Below the pieces are notes generated by a model that saw nothing but the letters and a program-made list of their open reading frames with translations, was not told where the DNA came from and made no database searches. Below, one piece after another: positions 9,390-19,572 of a stretch of 64,000 nt of DNA. This DNA is from Desulfocapsa sp. (GTDB lineage: Bacteria; Desulfobacterota; Desulfobulbia; Desulfobulbales; Desulfocapsaceae). Position 1 is the stretch's first letter. Each line of letters opens with the position of its first letter. The stretch spans positions 22,607-86,606 of the forward strand of contig JAQYVF010000007.1 in NCBI GenBank assembly GCA_030145625.1, given 5' to 3'. Position numbers and translations under genes: made by a program.

Positions 9390-10532
9390 TTGGTGAACAA
9401 GTTATTTGAAGAAAGCTCAATTAACAACATGTTGCTAAAAAACAGATTTGTGCGAGCGGCGACTTGGGAAGGATTGGCGAGCACTGAGGGTGAAGTTACT
9501 CCTGAATTAGTAGAAATGATGACAATACTTGCCAAGGGCGGTGTGGGCCTGATTATAAGCAGCCATGCGTATGTATCGCCGGAAGGACAGGGAACACCTT
9601 GGCAACTTGGAGTGTATAAAGATGAACTTATTCCTCAACTCAAGGAGATGACTTCGGCTGTACATGAAAATGGCGCTAAAATCATAATACAACTTGCACA
9701 TGCAGGACAGTTTGCCGAGGAGAAATTGACAGATCGACCTGCCTTGGCCGTGTCAGATTCTGGCGATTTCTCCGAAAGACATATAAAGATAATAACAGAC
9801 GAGGATGTACAACGTATTGTAGTCTCTTATTCCCAAGCTGCCAAAAGAGCCCAGGAGGCTGGTTTTGATGGAATTGAAATTCATTCAGCACATGGCTACT
9901 TTTTAAGCCAGTTTTTATCACCGGCATTTAATAAACGGATTGATGAATATGGGGGCTCGATTGAAAACCGGACTAGAATACACCTTATGATTTATCACTC
10001 AATTCGGGAGGCGGTCGGAGATGATTATCCAATCTTAATAAAAATAAATTGCGGTGACTTTATAGCGGATGGAATAACAATTGAGGATTCTCTGTACATG
10101 GCAAAATTGTTTTCTCAAACAGGGTTCGATGCAATTGAAGTAAGTGGCGGTATAATAAGGACTGGAAAACTTTCTCCGAGTCGGCCTGGAATAAGTACTG
10201 TAGGTAAAGAGGCTTATTTTCAAGAGTATGCGTCCAGATTTAAAAAAGAAATCAGTACACCATTGATCCTGGTTGGCGGTTTGAGATCCTTTGAGGTTGC
10301 CGAAAAAATCATCTTTGATGGGATTGCCGACTATATTTCTATGAGTCGACCATTTATCAGGGACCCTGACCTGATAAATCGATGGGAAAAGGGAGATTTG
10401 CGCAAGGCAGAATGTAAATCTGACAACTTATGCTTTACTCCTGGGTTCGGAGGTAAAGGAATATATTGTGTTACCAGAGAAATCGAACAAAAGAAGACAT
10501 CCAGCCAGGATATATGCAGTCGGTTCAGTTAA
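9390..10532 (+). CDS. NADH:flavin oxidoreductase, Old Yellow Enzyme family
   Basis: OYE motifs QLAHAGQ and EIHSAHGYFLSQFLSP. AGGAGG lies upstream of the TTG/GTG start. Confidence 0.85.
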   Translation: MVNKLFEESSINNMLLKNRFVRAATWEGLASTEGEVTPELVEMMTILAKGGVGLIISSHAYVSPEGQGTPWQLGVYKDELIPQLKEMTSAVHENGAKIIIQLAHAGQFAEEKLTDRPALAVSDSGDFSERHIKIITDEDVQRIVVSYSQAAKRAQEAGFDGIEIHSAHGYFLSQFLSPAFNKRIDEYGGSIENRTRIHLMIYHSIREAVGDDYPILIKINCGDFIADGITIEDSLYMAKLFSQTGFDAIEVSGGIIRTGKLSPSRPGISTVGKEAYFQEYASRFKKEISTPLILVGGLRSFEVAEKIIFDGIADYISMSRPFIRDPDLINRWEKGDLRKAECKSDNLCFTPGFGGKGIYCVTREIEQKKTSSQDICSRFS

Positions 10533-10658
10533 TAACGATTGGATAACGTGTTTGAGGACATCAGCCTTTCAACTAGTGTCATGGCAGGTCAATGTGTCGG
10601 AATTTAGAAGAGTCGCATCTGAGATAAGCGTGAGCCCAGGGATTACCAGTTAAGACCT

Positions 10659-11336
10659 ATGGAGAGAAAATATTTATGTTGTCCCTTGTGTGCAGGAGCA
10701 GTGGGAAGCTGTCATTTCTACAGTGATCGGTATCGTGATTATTACAGGTGTCCTCACTGTGATCTGATCCATGTACTACCCTCTCAATTTCTGTCCCTTG
10801 AAGCGGAGAAGGCTGAGTATGACAAACATCAGAATTCACCGGAAGATGTCGGTTACCGCAAATTTCTCGGCCGCCTGTTCACCCCGTTGAATAATCGACT
10901 CAGACCGGCCAGTTATGGCCTGGACTTTGGTTGTGGCCCAGGCCCGACGCTCTCTCTGATGTTCGAGGAAGCGGGGCATCAGGTAGGCCTGTTTGATTCT
11001 TTCTATGCCCCGGATAAACATCCTCTCACCCTGCAATATGATTTTGTCACCGCCAGTGAGGTGGTTGAACATCTTCATGCTCCGGCTGCAGAGTTGGCGC
11101 TGCTCTGGTCAATTTTGAAACCTGGAGGGTGGCTGGGGATCATGACTAAGTTGGCTTTGGATTTAGATGCCTTTTCCCGTTGGCATTATAAGAGTGATCT
11201 TACCCATGTCTGTTTTTTTTCCAGGAAAACAATGGACTGGCTGGCTGGACAGTGGCACACGAAAATCCTGCAGGTTGACAAGGATGTTTTTCTTTTTCAA
11301 AAACCATTATGCAAGAGTACAGCTTTTCAGGTTTGA
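10659..11336 (+). CDS. Class I SAM-dependent methyltransferase with N-terminal Cys4 zinc ribbon
   Basis: CCPLC...CPHC at the N-terminus. SAM-binding motif I GLDFGCGPG. Confidence 0.8.
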   Translation: MERKYLCCPLCAGAVGSCHFYSDRYRDYYRCPHCDLIHVLPSQFLSLEAEKAEYDKHQNSPEDVGYRKFLGRLFTPLNNRLRPASYGLDFGCGPGPTLSLMFEEAGHQVGLFDSFYAPDKHPLTLQYDFVTASEVVEHLHAPAAELALLWSILKPGGWLGIMTKLALDLDAFSRWHYKSDLTHVCFFSRKTMDWLAGQWHTKILQVDKDVFLFQKPLCKSTAFQV

Positions 11337-11624
11337 ATCTTCTTTCGGCTGGTTGATGGGTATCATGTTTGCGAGTGGTTCATTGAGTTGTTTAATCTTT
11401 TTTTAACTTTTTGGGACAGAATCTGAATTCACACCAGCGTGTGAACACTCTCTATTGAGTGGTAATTTCTATTCAGTTCTGTTGAATCTTTCCACGTGGG
11501 AGATTACACTGAAGGAGTTTCGTTATTTGATTAGCTGAATTGTGGTGATAACGAGTTAACTAGATACAAAACAATTTATGTTTCATGGTTGCTGGTACCC
11601 ACGATTTATTACTGGAGACAGGAA

Positions 11625-11972
11625 ATGTTTGAGGAAAAACGAAAGTTCAAACGTATTGCAAGTGAAGTTCTTGTGAGATTCAGCGAACAGGAAGTGGACA
11701 AGGGGACACAGCAATATTTGCAAGGTGTTGCCAAGGATTGTGGTTTGAGTGGGATGTTTCTGGCCACAGATCACTTGATGTCTAAGGGGAGTGTGGTTTC
11801 ACTAAACTTCCTGTTTCTTGATGATGAACAGGAGGTGAACATCCAGGCTAAAGCGATTGTTCGCTGGATCCAACGATTTCGTAAACCAAAAGGCATGGGG
11901 CTGGAGTTTTTTGAATTTAAAGGCCTGGAAGATCGCGATTTTGAACAGTGCCTGGAACAGTTGTTACAATAA
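11625..11972 (+). CDS. PilZ domain protein (putative c-di-GMP receptor)
   Basis: RxxxR-type motif KRKFKRI and D/NxSxxG motif DCGLSGMF. I chose the internal ATG (MFEEKRKF) as the start. Confidence 0.7.
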   Translation: MFEEKRKFKRIASEVLVRFSEQEVDKGTQQYLQGVAKDCGLSGMFLATDHLMSKGSVVSLNFLFLDDEQEVNIQAKAIVRWIQRFRKPKGMGLEFFEFKGLEDRDFEQCLEQLLQ

Positions 11973-12247
11973 GAACTTAGAATCATGATTTATTGATGAT
12001 TCAGAGGCGGTTATTTATTTTAAACTCAATGTGTTATGGTTGTTTTGTTGCAACCTGTTTATGTTTTGTTTAGCAGAGGGAGATTCTCCTGGGAAAAAGC
12101 TGCATTAGTCTGTTGGAGTAAGAAGGCGACGAAATTAAGATGAAAATCAAAACAAAACCGTACACAACTATATTCATCTACTAACAAAATCTCAACAATC
12201 AGCTCCTATCCTTCCGTTCAAGAATAATAGAACAAGGAAAGGAGATT

Positions 12248-12475
12248 ATGAAACGATACATTTCGATTGAAGAGAAGGCACTTATCAAAGCGGCAAAGCT
12301 TATCTGTGACCTGAAGTCTGGCCTCTGTCCCATGAATGAACCGGGGTTTTCCGGTTGCCCCCAGAGCTGCAGTGAGGATATCCGACCCTGGCAATGTTGG
12401 GTGACTTATCTCACCACCTTTGTTCGCGATAATGAAAAAACTCAGACAAAAGCAGTATTGAGGCGAGTGGCTTAA
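12248..12475 (+). CDS. Hypothetical small Cys-rich protein
   Basis: GGAAAGGAG lies just upstream of the ATG. The protein has 75 aa and 6 Cys. I recognise no family. Confidence 0.4.
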   Translation: MKRYISIEEKALIKAAKLICDLKSGLCPMNEPGFSGCPQSCSEDIRPWQCWVTYLTTFVRDNEKTQTKAVLRRVA

Positions 12476-12701
12476 AAAAAATCAGGGAATACGTTTTTAC
12501 AAAAAGATGTGTAGCCCTTTCTTTATTTATAAAATGAAAGAATAGATTCTCACTCTTTTCTACTTTTTTTCATCTGTAACATCCTCTGCTTCAACTCTAC
12601 TTACTTCCCACATGGATTTCACCCTTTAGAAATCACAGAATTTAAGGATAGGCAAGTTTCTCCTATTTGCCAGATGCTTGGAAATGGTGTAAGGGAAGGT
12701 C

Positions 12702-14723
12702 ATGGACAGACCCCTTGAACTCATAGCACCTTACAGTGCCTCTGGTGATCAGCCAGATGCTATTGCTGCTCTAACTCGTGGCGTGGAATCGGGTGCCCGC
12801 AGCCAGGTTCTCCTTGGAGTCACAGGATCGGGAAAGACCTTTACCATGGCCTCGCTCATCGCCAAGGTGCAGCGACCAGCACTGGTTATAGCTCCTAATA
12901 AGATTCTGGCGGCACAACTTTTTTCTGAGTTTAAGGAGCTATTTCCCAATAATGCTGTGGAATATTTTGTCTCCTATTATGATTATTACCAACCCGAGGC
13001 CTATATTCCCCAGTCAGATACCTATATCGAAAAAGACTCTGCAATAAACGATGCCATTGATAAAATGCGTCATTCGGCCACACGCTCTCTTCTCACTCGC
13101 AGGGATGTACTGATCGTTGCTTCTGTTTCCTGTATCTATGGCTTGGGATCGCCCGATGAATATAAAAATATGCATCTCTTTCTCAGGTGTGATGAGGACT
13201 TTCCTCCAGAAGATGTACAGAGGCGTCTGGTCTACATGCTTTATGAACGTAATGATATTTCATTTCATCGGGGGACATTCCGCGTTCGTGGCGATGTGAT
13301 CGATATCTTTCCTGTGCATGAGGAGGATCGCTCCATCCGCATAGAGTTTTTTGGAGATACCATCGACTCCATTGCTGTTATCGATCCCTTGCGTGGCGAG
13401 GTCTTGGAACGCTTACAGAAATATACCGTTTTTCCGGGAAGTCACTTTGTTACCTCCAAGGATCGCTTGCAGACCGCGGTGGAGACCATTAAGGTGGAAT
13501 TAAAAGATCAATTAAATTACTTCCATCATGAAAATCGACTGGTGGAGTTGCAGCGCCTGGAACAACGCACCATGTTCGATCTGGAGATGATTCAAGAGCT
13601 GGGCTACTGTAACGGTATTGAAAATTATTCCAGACATCTCACCGGCAAGGATCCAGGGGTGCCCCCCCCAAATCTTCTCGATTATTTTCCTGAAGATTTT
13701 CTTCTCTTCGTTGATGAGTCACATATTGGGGTTCCTCAGTTAAACGGGATGTACAAAGGTGATCGTTCACGGAAAAAGACACTGGTCAATTTCGGCTTTC
13801 GCTTGCCATCTGCCCTTGATAATCGGCCCTTGCGTTTTGAAGAGTTTCAAGAGCGTGTGAATCAGGTGGTTTATGTTTCTGCCACTCCAGGGGCTTATGA
13901 ATTGGAACAGGCTGAAGGAAGGATAGTGGATCAGATTATTCGACCCACCGGCCTTCTTGATCCCAGGATAGAAGTGCGACCTGCCGTCAGTCAGGTTGAT
14001 GATTTGCTGGAGGAGATCCGCCTGCGTACAGAGCAGGACGAGGCTGTACTCATAACTACTCTAACCAAACGAATGGCCGAAGATCTTACCGATTATTATG
14101 AAAAACTGGATGTCAAGGTTCGCTATCTCCATTCAGATATCAAGACGCTTGAGAGAGTGGAGCTCATCCGTGATCTGCGCAATGGTGAGTATAATGTCCT
14201 TATAGGTATCAACCTCCTGCGTGAAGGCCTGGATATTCCTGAAGTTTCCCTGGTGGCTGTGCTTGATGCTGACAAGGAGGGTTTTCTGCGCTCCGATCGC
14301 TCACTGATTCAGACCTGTGGGCGAGCTGCCAGGAATGTGAGGGGCATGGTTATTCTCTATGCTGAAGTGATTACCGGTTCCATGCAGCGGACTATTGAAG
14401 AAACGGAAAGGCGGCGAAAAATTCAGGAGGAGTATAATCAGGAACATGGTATTGTCCCGCAGACGATTCGCTCCAGAGTAAAGGATTCCATGCAGCAGCA
14501 TCTCAAGGCAAGCGGCTACCAGGCCGCTGATGCTATGGAGGCTGACCTGCTTGAAGCTGCAGAAGAGCTTCCAGTCTATTACACTATCAAGGAGCTGGAG
14601 ACAGAGATTCGTAAGCTGGAGAAACAGATGCAGGAGGCTGCCAGGGAACTGGCTTTTGAAGAGGCGGCAGCACTTCGTGATAAAATTAAGGTGTTACGAA
14701 AATTGGAGATAGAAATAGGATGA
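12702..14723 (+). CDS. uvrB: Excinuclease ABC subunit B
   Basis: Walker [13 protein letters not shown], helicase motifs, and a C-terminal UVR domain ([13 protein letters not shown]). Confidence 0.97.
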   Translation: MDRPLELIAPYSASGDQPDAIAALTRGVESGARSQVLLGVTGSGKTFTMASLIAKVQRPALVIAPNKILAAQLFSEFKELFPNNAVEYFVSYYDYYQPEAYIPQSDTYIEKDSAINDAIDKMRHSATRSLLTRRDVLIVASVSCIYGLGSPDEYKNMHLFLRCDEDFPPEDVQRRLVYMLYERNDISFHRGTFRVRGDVIDIFPVHEEDRSIRIEFFGDTIDSIAVIDPLRGEVLERLQKYTVFPGSHFVTSKDRLQTAVETIKVELKDQLNYFHHENRLVELQRLEQRTMFDLEMIQELGYCNGIENYSRHLTGKDPGVPPPNLLDYFPEDFLLFVDESHIGVPQLNGMYKGDRSRKKTLVNFGFRLPSALDNRPLRFEEFQERVNQVVYVSATPGAYELEQAEGRIVDQIIRPTGLLDPRIEVRPAVSQVDDLLEEIRLRTEQDEAVLITTLTKRMAEDLTDYYEKLDVKVRYLHSDIKTLERVELIRDLRNGEYNVLIGINLLREGLDIPEVSLVAVLDADKEGFLRSDRSLIQTCGRAARNVRGMVILYAEVITGSMQRTIEETERRRKIQEEYNQEHGIVPQTIRSRVKDSMQQHLKASGYQAADAMEADLLEAAEELPVYYTIKELETEIRKLEKQMQEAARELAFEEAAALRDKIKVLRKLEIEIG

Positions 14724-15391
14724 AAGGTGGCTTCTGGTATGGAGTTTCGCTACGCGTCGTTCCTTTTGTTTTTGTGTGGTTGATCCGGATCTGGTTTGCT
14801 ACCTGCCGCATCAGGATACATGGACAGAAATATAGGGATCAGATTGATGAGAGTAAGGGGCCTGCTGTGGCAAGCTTCTGGCACTATACTATTTTCTTTA
14901 TTTTTTATTTTATGCGGAAAGAATCAGCAGTGGCCATGGTCAGTGCCAGCAAGGACGGGGAGTATATCAGTCGGGTTGCCAATAAGATGGGATTTGCAAC
15001 AGTGCGTGGTTCACGGAAAAAAGGTGGGATGCAGGCCATTAAGGGACTGATTCGTTATATGCGTGAAGGACGAAATGCCGCCATTGTGGCAGACGGTTCT
15101 CAGGGGCCGGCCAGGGTGGTTCAGGCAGGATCTATTGTTCTTTCTTCTCGTGCAGAGGCGCCTGTTTTGCCTATGCTTTGGTCCTGTAACCGTTATAAAC
15201 GATTTGGTTCCTGGGATGGCACAGTTCTGCCTTATCCCTTTTCTCGCATCGATTTTTATTACGGGGAGCCTCTGGTTGTTCCGTCAAAAATCAAGTCGGA
15301 AGAGGTGGAAAAGTATAGGCTTATTTTGGAAAAACGTCTTAACGATCTCTATGACCAGGCGTGGAAGCAGCAGGGCAGGACTGAACATTAA
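14720..15391 (+). CDS. DUF374 / lysophospholipid acyltransferase-like protein
   Basis: N-terminal TM segment, then [16 protein letters not shown]...[20 protein letters not shown], typical of DUF374. ATGA overlap with the uvrB stop. Confidence 0.7.
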   Translation: MKGGFWYGVSLRVVPFVFVWLIRIWFATCRIRIHGQKYRDQIDESKGPAVASFWHYTIFFIFYFMRKESAVAMVSASKDGEYISRVANKMGFATVRGSRKKGGMQAIKGLIRYMREGRNAAIVADGSQGPARVVQAGSIVLSSRAEAPVLPMLWSCNRYKRFGSWDGTVLPYPFSRIDFYYGEPLVVPSKIKSEEVEKYRLILEKRLNDLYDQAWKQQGRTEH

Positions 15392-15452
15392 TGGCTACCT
15401 TGCCTAATGATATTGTGTTAGCCCATTACGTTATTACTCTTATTTATAATTT

Positions 15453-16835
15453 GTGAAAATGACAAAAGGAATTGTGGTTGCCGGCCTTTCCGGCGGGTCT
15501 GGGAAGAGCGTGGTGTCCGTGGGCTTAACTGCGGCCTTGGCCCGCCAGGGAAAAGTGGTTGTCCCCTTTAAAAAAGGGCCTGACTATATTGATGCGGGCT
15601 GGTTGAAATTGGCTGCCGGAAGAAACTGTTATAATCTCGATCCCTACCTGATGAGTATGGAGAGTATCAGGGGATCTTTTCTAGAACAGAGTGCAGGGGC
15701 GGATGTAGTGATCCTTGAAGGCAATCGAGGTCTGTATGATGGTGTGAATCCCGAGGGCGGTTATTCTACAGCGGAGCTTGCCCTTACTCTTAACTTGCCT
15801 GTGCTTCTGGTGGTTAACTGTACCAAGACCACACGAACTGTTGCGGCCATGGTTCTTGGCTGTCTCAATCTGGATGACCGTATAGATATTCGAGGAGTCG
15901 TCCTGAATCAGATTGGCACCAAACGACATGAATCCATTGTCACCCAGGCGATAGAAAAGTATACGGGGGTACCCGTTCTTGGTGCTGTTCCACGTATGAA
16001 ACAAGATATCTTCCCCATGCGGCATCTGGGAGTGACTCCCCATCAGGAATATAAAGGCAGTGATGAGGCCATGGCGCTTCTGGCCAGTACTGCTGAAGAG
16101 TATATGGATCTGGATCGAATCGAGGAAATTATGGTGCCGATTGATCAGCCAAAGGCAGATCCCCTACCGAAAATACAGGGTAAAAAACTTCGTATTGGAC
16201 TGCTTATGGATGCGGCCTTTCAATTTTATTATTCTGAAAATCTGGAGGCTCTTGAACGTGGAGGGGCTGACTTAGTAGCTATTAATGCCATGGAGGAAAA
16301 GTCCCTTCCTGATCTGGATGGCTTGTATATTGGAGGTGGCTTTCCTGAGACCAGTGCCGGTGCACTGGCAGCAAATAAATCATTTCGCGATTCAGTCAAG
16401 GCTGCAGCAGCGGTAGGATTACCCATTTATGCGGAATGTGGAGGCCTGATATATCTGGGCGAGTCCATAGAACTTGAGGGGAAAGTGCATACCTTGACAG
16501 GAGTTTTTCCGGTACGGTTTGGCATGTCTAAAAAACCTCAGGCCCATGGCTATTCTATTTTTGAGGTTGATGAAAATAATCCGTTTTATCCGCTGGCATC
16601 TGAGGTTCGAGGGCATGAGTTTCGTTACTCTACTATTCTTGAATGGCTGGGAACTCCGGAAGAGTTAACTCTGAAAATGAAAAGGGGTGTGGGGTTTGTT
16701 GGAGGAAGAGACGGGTTGACCACCAAAAATGTCTTAGCGCTTTATACCCATGTTCATGCCCTGGGGACGCCGGAGTGGGCAGAAGGTTTCCTGGCCCGCT
16801 GTCGAGAGGTTAGGGAGAGAGGCCTGCGGGAATAA
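15453..16835 (+). CDS. Cobyrinate a,c-diamide synthase family amidotransferase (CbiA/CobB type; a DsrN-like siroheme amidase is an alternative)
   Basis: P-loop GLSGGSGKS. C-terminal glutamine amidotransferase domain with the nucleophile in YAECGGLIYLG. Confidence 0.85.
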   Translation: MKMTKGIVVAGLSGGSGKSVVSVGLTAALARQGKVVVPFKKGPDYIDAGWLKLAAGRNCYNLDPYLMSMESIRGSFLEQSAGADVVILEGNRGLYDGVNPEGGYSTAELALTLNLPVLLVVNCTKTTRTVAAMVLGCLNLDDRIDIRGVVLNQIGTKRHESIVTQAIEKYTGVPVLGAVPRMKQDIFPMRHLGVTPHQEYKGSDEAMALLASTAEEYMDLDRIEEIMVPIDQPKADPLPKIQGKKLRIGLLMDAAFQFYYSENLEALERGGADLVAINAMEEKSLPDLDGLYIGGGFPETSAGALAANKSFRDSVKAAAAVGLPIYAECGGLIYLGESIELEGKVHTLTGVFPVRFGMSKKPQAHGYSIFEVDENNPFYPLASEVRGHEFRYSTILEWLGTPEELTLKMKRGVGFVGGRDGLTTKNVLALYTHVHALGTPEWAEGFLARCREVRERGLRE

Positions 16836-16855
16836 AAAGGATATTTCCGCAGGCC
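16821..16855. terminator. Hairpin between convergent genes (candidate bidirectional terminator)
   Basis: GGCCTGCGGGA ... TTTCCGCAGGCC with one mismatch. It overlaps the stop of the 15453..16835 gene. Confidence 0.45.
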
Positions 16856-16865
16856 GAATATTTAT

Positions 16866-17222
16866 TCAGTTGGTTGCAGGCATGGTGCCGAGCACCTTGG
16901 CGCTGATGATCTCTTTTTCGGATTCTGAGGGTTCAGGTTTAGCCCAGTGAATAAAGGCCTCGGTGACACGCATGAAGTCGCCGTTGTCTTCTTTACACTT
17001 GGAGCAAATACTCTCTGCCTGGTCTCGGTATATGATGATTTTGGAGGCTGCTTCACCATCTTTTGCAACAGCCGCCATTTTACGGCATCCGCATTCCAAC
17101 CTGACAATTACCACACCTACGCCCTCGGGACTGCCTTCGAGGATACCCTCAACCATGGCTCTTTCATTTTTCTCTGCCACTATGGCTTGCTTTGCTATGT
17201 TTTTCTTTGATTTTTTTGCCAT
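16866..17222 (-). CDS. Hypothetical protein
   Basis: 118-aa ORF with a Lys-rich N-terminus and CGC...CSKC cysteines. I recognise no family. The plus-strand ORFs overlapping it look spurious. Confidence 0.45.
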   Translation of the reverse strand: MAKKSKKNIAKQAIVAEKNERAMVEGILEGSPEGVGVVIVRLECGCRKMAAVAKDGEAASKIIIYRDQAESICSKCKEDNGDFMRVTEAFIHWAKPEPSESEKEIISAKVLGTMPATN

Positions 17223-17521
17223 TTTATTTCTTCCGTAACGAGTAAATTATTGTATGTAAATAAGGTAACTCACTATAAGACACTTGTGTCTGTGGTCAAT
17301 GTTTTTCCTGGTTTACCCCATGATGCTTATTGAAATTGATGTCCTTTTTTTCTTTTAGATCATTGGTGGGGAAATAGATTTTTGCTTGACAAAAAACAGG
17401 AGGTGAATTAATGGATCTATACACGCAACGTGAGTTTCATTTTGGTGGAAACGCCGTTGGATATTGTAATAGTATATTATTATATATATTCATTATTTTT
17501 TATTTATTTTAGGAGGTTATT

Positions 17522-17710
17522 ATGGCTTGGGAAGTAGTTGTAGATAAAGACAAATGTTCTGGTGATGAAGAATGTGTAAACGCTTGCCCTGCACAGGTGT
17601 TAGAGATGGTAGACGGCAAGGCTGAGCCTGTTGAGATGGATGAGTGTCTCGGTTGTGAGACCTGCGTTGAGGTTTGTCCTGAGGGCGCCATCACAGTAAC
17701 TGAAGTCTAA
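17522..17710 (+). CDS. Small ferredoxin (two Fe-S cluster motifs)
   Basis: 62 aa. Motifs CSGDEECVNACP and CLGCETCVEVCP. AGGAGG lies 6 nt upstream of the ATG. Confidence 0.85.
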   Translation: MAWEVVVDKDKCSGDEECVNACPAQVLEMVDGKAEPVEMDECLGCETCVEVCPEGAITVTEV

Positions 17711-17732
17711 TCTATTTAGAACTCGGTTTGTT

Positions 17733-17767
17733 ACAAGCCCATTCCTCCTTAGGGGGAATGGGCTTGT
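17733..17767 (+). terminator. Stem-loop downstream of the ferredoxin gene
   Basis: ACAAGCCCATTCC ... GGAATGGGCTTGT forms a 13-bp perfect stem. The downstream T-tract is weak. Confidence 0.5.
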
Positions 17768-17944
17768 CGCGTTTAAAATTATGCAATATCCGGCCCTTGT
17801 AGATGCATACTATTTAAAGATGTAGGGTGTGTGCTCCACAGGAATCACTCAAAATATGGGTACAAATGGTCTTGGGTACCATGCGCACCATCAAATAGTG
17901 GTAGCTGAAGTTCATTACTCATCAGGAAATTTATTTTAAGAAAG

Positions 17945-18433
17945 ATGTTCCTAAAGACTATGTCAACGGCTGGAAATATTTCACGACTCAAACCTGGGGC
18001 TTCTCGTAGTGCTCATTTGCTTGTTTCCGCTTCCATTTGGACTGCTGTCGGCATCATGCTTATGCTGCGTGGTACTGCCTGGCTCTACTCAGTCGGTGGT
18101 TTATGGCTTTTAATCCCTGCCGTTGCCCTGGGAACTGGAAAGTCGCTTCTGGTCCTTGATAAATCTGCAAAGAAAAGCATCTACCGGATTGTTCGATTTA
18201 AGGATGGTAAGTGCCTTGGTGCAGTTTATTCGCTGAAGACCTGGCTGCTGGTTCTTCTGATGATGTCGGCAGGATGTTTGTTGCGCAATTCATCCCTGCC
18301 AAAGGAATTTCTCGGTGTGTTTTATGTGACTGTGGGCTGGGGCCTGTTTTTTTCCAGCAGGCATGCCTGGCGTACATGGCAGCGTGGGACTGATCACTTT
18401 CCTGACACCACTATTGATGGCAATAATTCATAA
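17945..18433 (+). CDS. Hypothetical membrane protein (about 4 TM)
   Basis: Hydrophobic segments are visible in the translation. I recognise no family. Confidence 0.5.
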   Translation: MFLKTMSTAGNISRLKPGASRSAHLLVSASIWTAVGIMLMLRGTAWLYSVGGLWLLIPAVALGTGKSLLVLDKSAKKSIYRIVRFKDGKCLGAVYSLKTWLLVLLMMSAGCLLRNSSLPKEFLGVFYVTVGWGLFFSSRHAWRTWQRGTDHFPDTTIDGNNS

Positions 18434-18444
18434 ACTATTCTGCC

Positions 18445-19572
18445 ATGTCTCTTACCTCATTTAATCAGATCCGTGTAAGTTCTGCAGCTCTACGTCATAA
18501 TTACCGTCTACTGCAGCAAAGGGCAGGCAACGGAGTCAGGGTGCTGGCCATGGTCAAGGCTGATGCCTATGGTCATGGGATGGAAGAGGCAGCCGATGTG
18601 TTTGCATCTGTCGGGTGTAAGGATTTCGGGGTTGCTGAGATCGGTGAGGCCGTTCGACTGCGATCCGCCGGGGTCATCGGTAATGTTTTTGTCTTTCTTG
18701 GTTTCAGGCCGGAAGAAAGCGGGTTGTTTTTTGAGTATGATATTACTCCGATCATTTATGACCTGGAAAGTGCAAAATCCCTTTCCAGAGAGGCTCTGAA
18801 GCGAGGGCAGGAGAAAGTTGTACACCTGAAAGTGGACTGCGGCATGGGGCGTCTTGGCATTCTTCCGCAGGAAGTGGAAACCTTTGTGGCGGATCTGCAA
18901 GAGCTTCCAGGAATTGTGATAGGTGGTGTCCTCAGCCATTTTCCCAAGGCTGATGAATATGATTCTCAGCATAGTTTTGAGCAGTTTAGCCGCTTTGAAG
19001 GAGTCTCTGCAAAGGCGGGAAAGGACCGTTCTCTGGTAAAGCATATTGCAAATTCCGGGGGAGTGCTCTATTTTCCCGACACCTGTTGTGATATGGTACG
19101 GGCAGGAATTTCTCTTTATGGCTATTATCCTGATGGACGAGTGGGAAGAGAGCGAGAGAAAGGGGAAAAGCTGCAGCCGGCCATGTCTTTTATTACCAGG
19201 GTCCTGCAGGTTAAAACAGTTCCTGTCGATACCGGAATAAGTTACGGCCATACCTATATTACTAAAAGGGAGACACGACTTGCTGTTCTGCCTGTGGGAT
19301 ATGAAGATGGCCTCTCTCGCAGCCTGTCCAATATAGGGAAGGTACTTATTCGTGGGAAACGTGCTGTAATCCGTGGACGTATCTGCATGAATTTATGTAT
19401 AGTGGATATCTCCGAAATAGAAGGGGTCCAGTCCGGTGATGAGGCAGTAATTCTTGGTCCTCAGGGTAACGACTGTATCAGTGGCGACGAAATCGCAGAA
19501 TGGATGAACAGTATCTCTTATGAGGTGCTTTGTCTGTTTGGAAATAATAACGAGAGAAAGTACAGAGAATGA
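18445..19572 (+). CDS. alr: Alanine racemase
   Basis: PLP-lysine motif AMVKADAYGHG. The length fits, and the C-terminal region SYEVLC is typical. Confidence 0.9.
   Translation: MSLTSFNQIRVSSAALRHNYRLLQQRAGNGVRVLAMVKADAYGHGMEEAADVFASVGCKDFGVAEIGEAVRLRSAGVIGNVFVFLGFRPEESGLFFEYDITPIIYDLESAKSLSREALKRGQEKVVHLKVDCGMGRLGILPQEVETFVADLQELPGIVIGGVLSHFPKADEYDSQHSFEQFSRFEGVSAKAGKDRSLVKHIANSGGVLYFPDTCCDMVRAGISLYGYYPDGRVGREREKGEKLQPAMSFITRVLQVKTVPVDTGISYGHTYITKRETRLAVLPVGYEDGLSRSLSNIGKVLIRGKRAVIRGRICMNLCIVDISEIEGVQSGDEAVILGPQGNDCISGDEIAEWMNSISYEVLCLFGNNNERKYRE

Noticed and set aside
18508-19251. Long antisense ORFs inside well-supported genes. Examples: 18508..19251 opposite alr, 20223..20876 opposite argS, 30550..31260 opposite the CHAD gene, 42241..42885 opposite nqrF, 45995..46591 opposite the MORN gene, 59439..59960 opposite feoB, and 44599..45078 opposite avtA.
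   Set aside because: Each lies entirely within, and antisense to, a gene with unmistakable family motifs. Their translations are low-complexity or have odd composition, with no RBS and no recognisable domain. I treat them as shadow ORFs.
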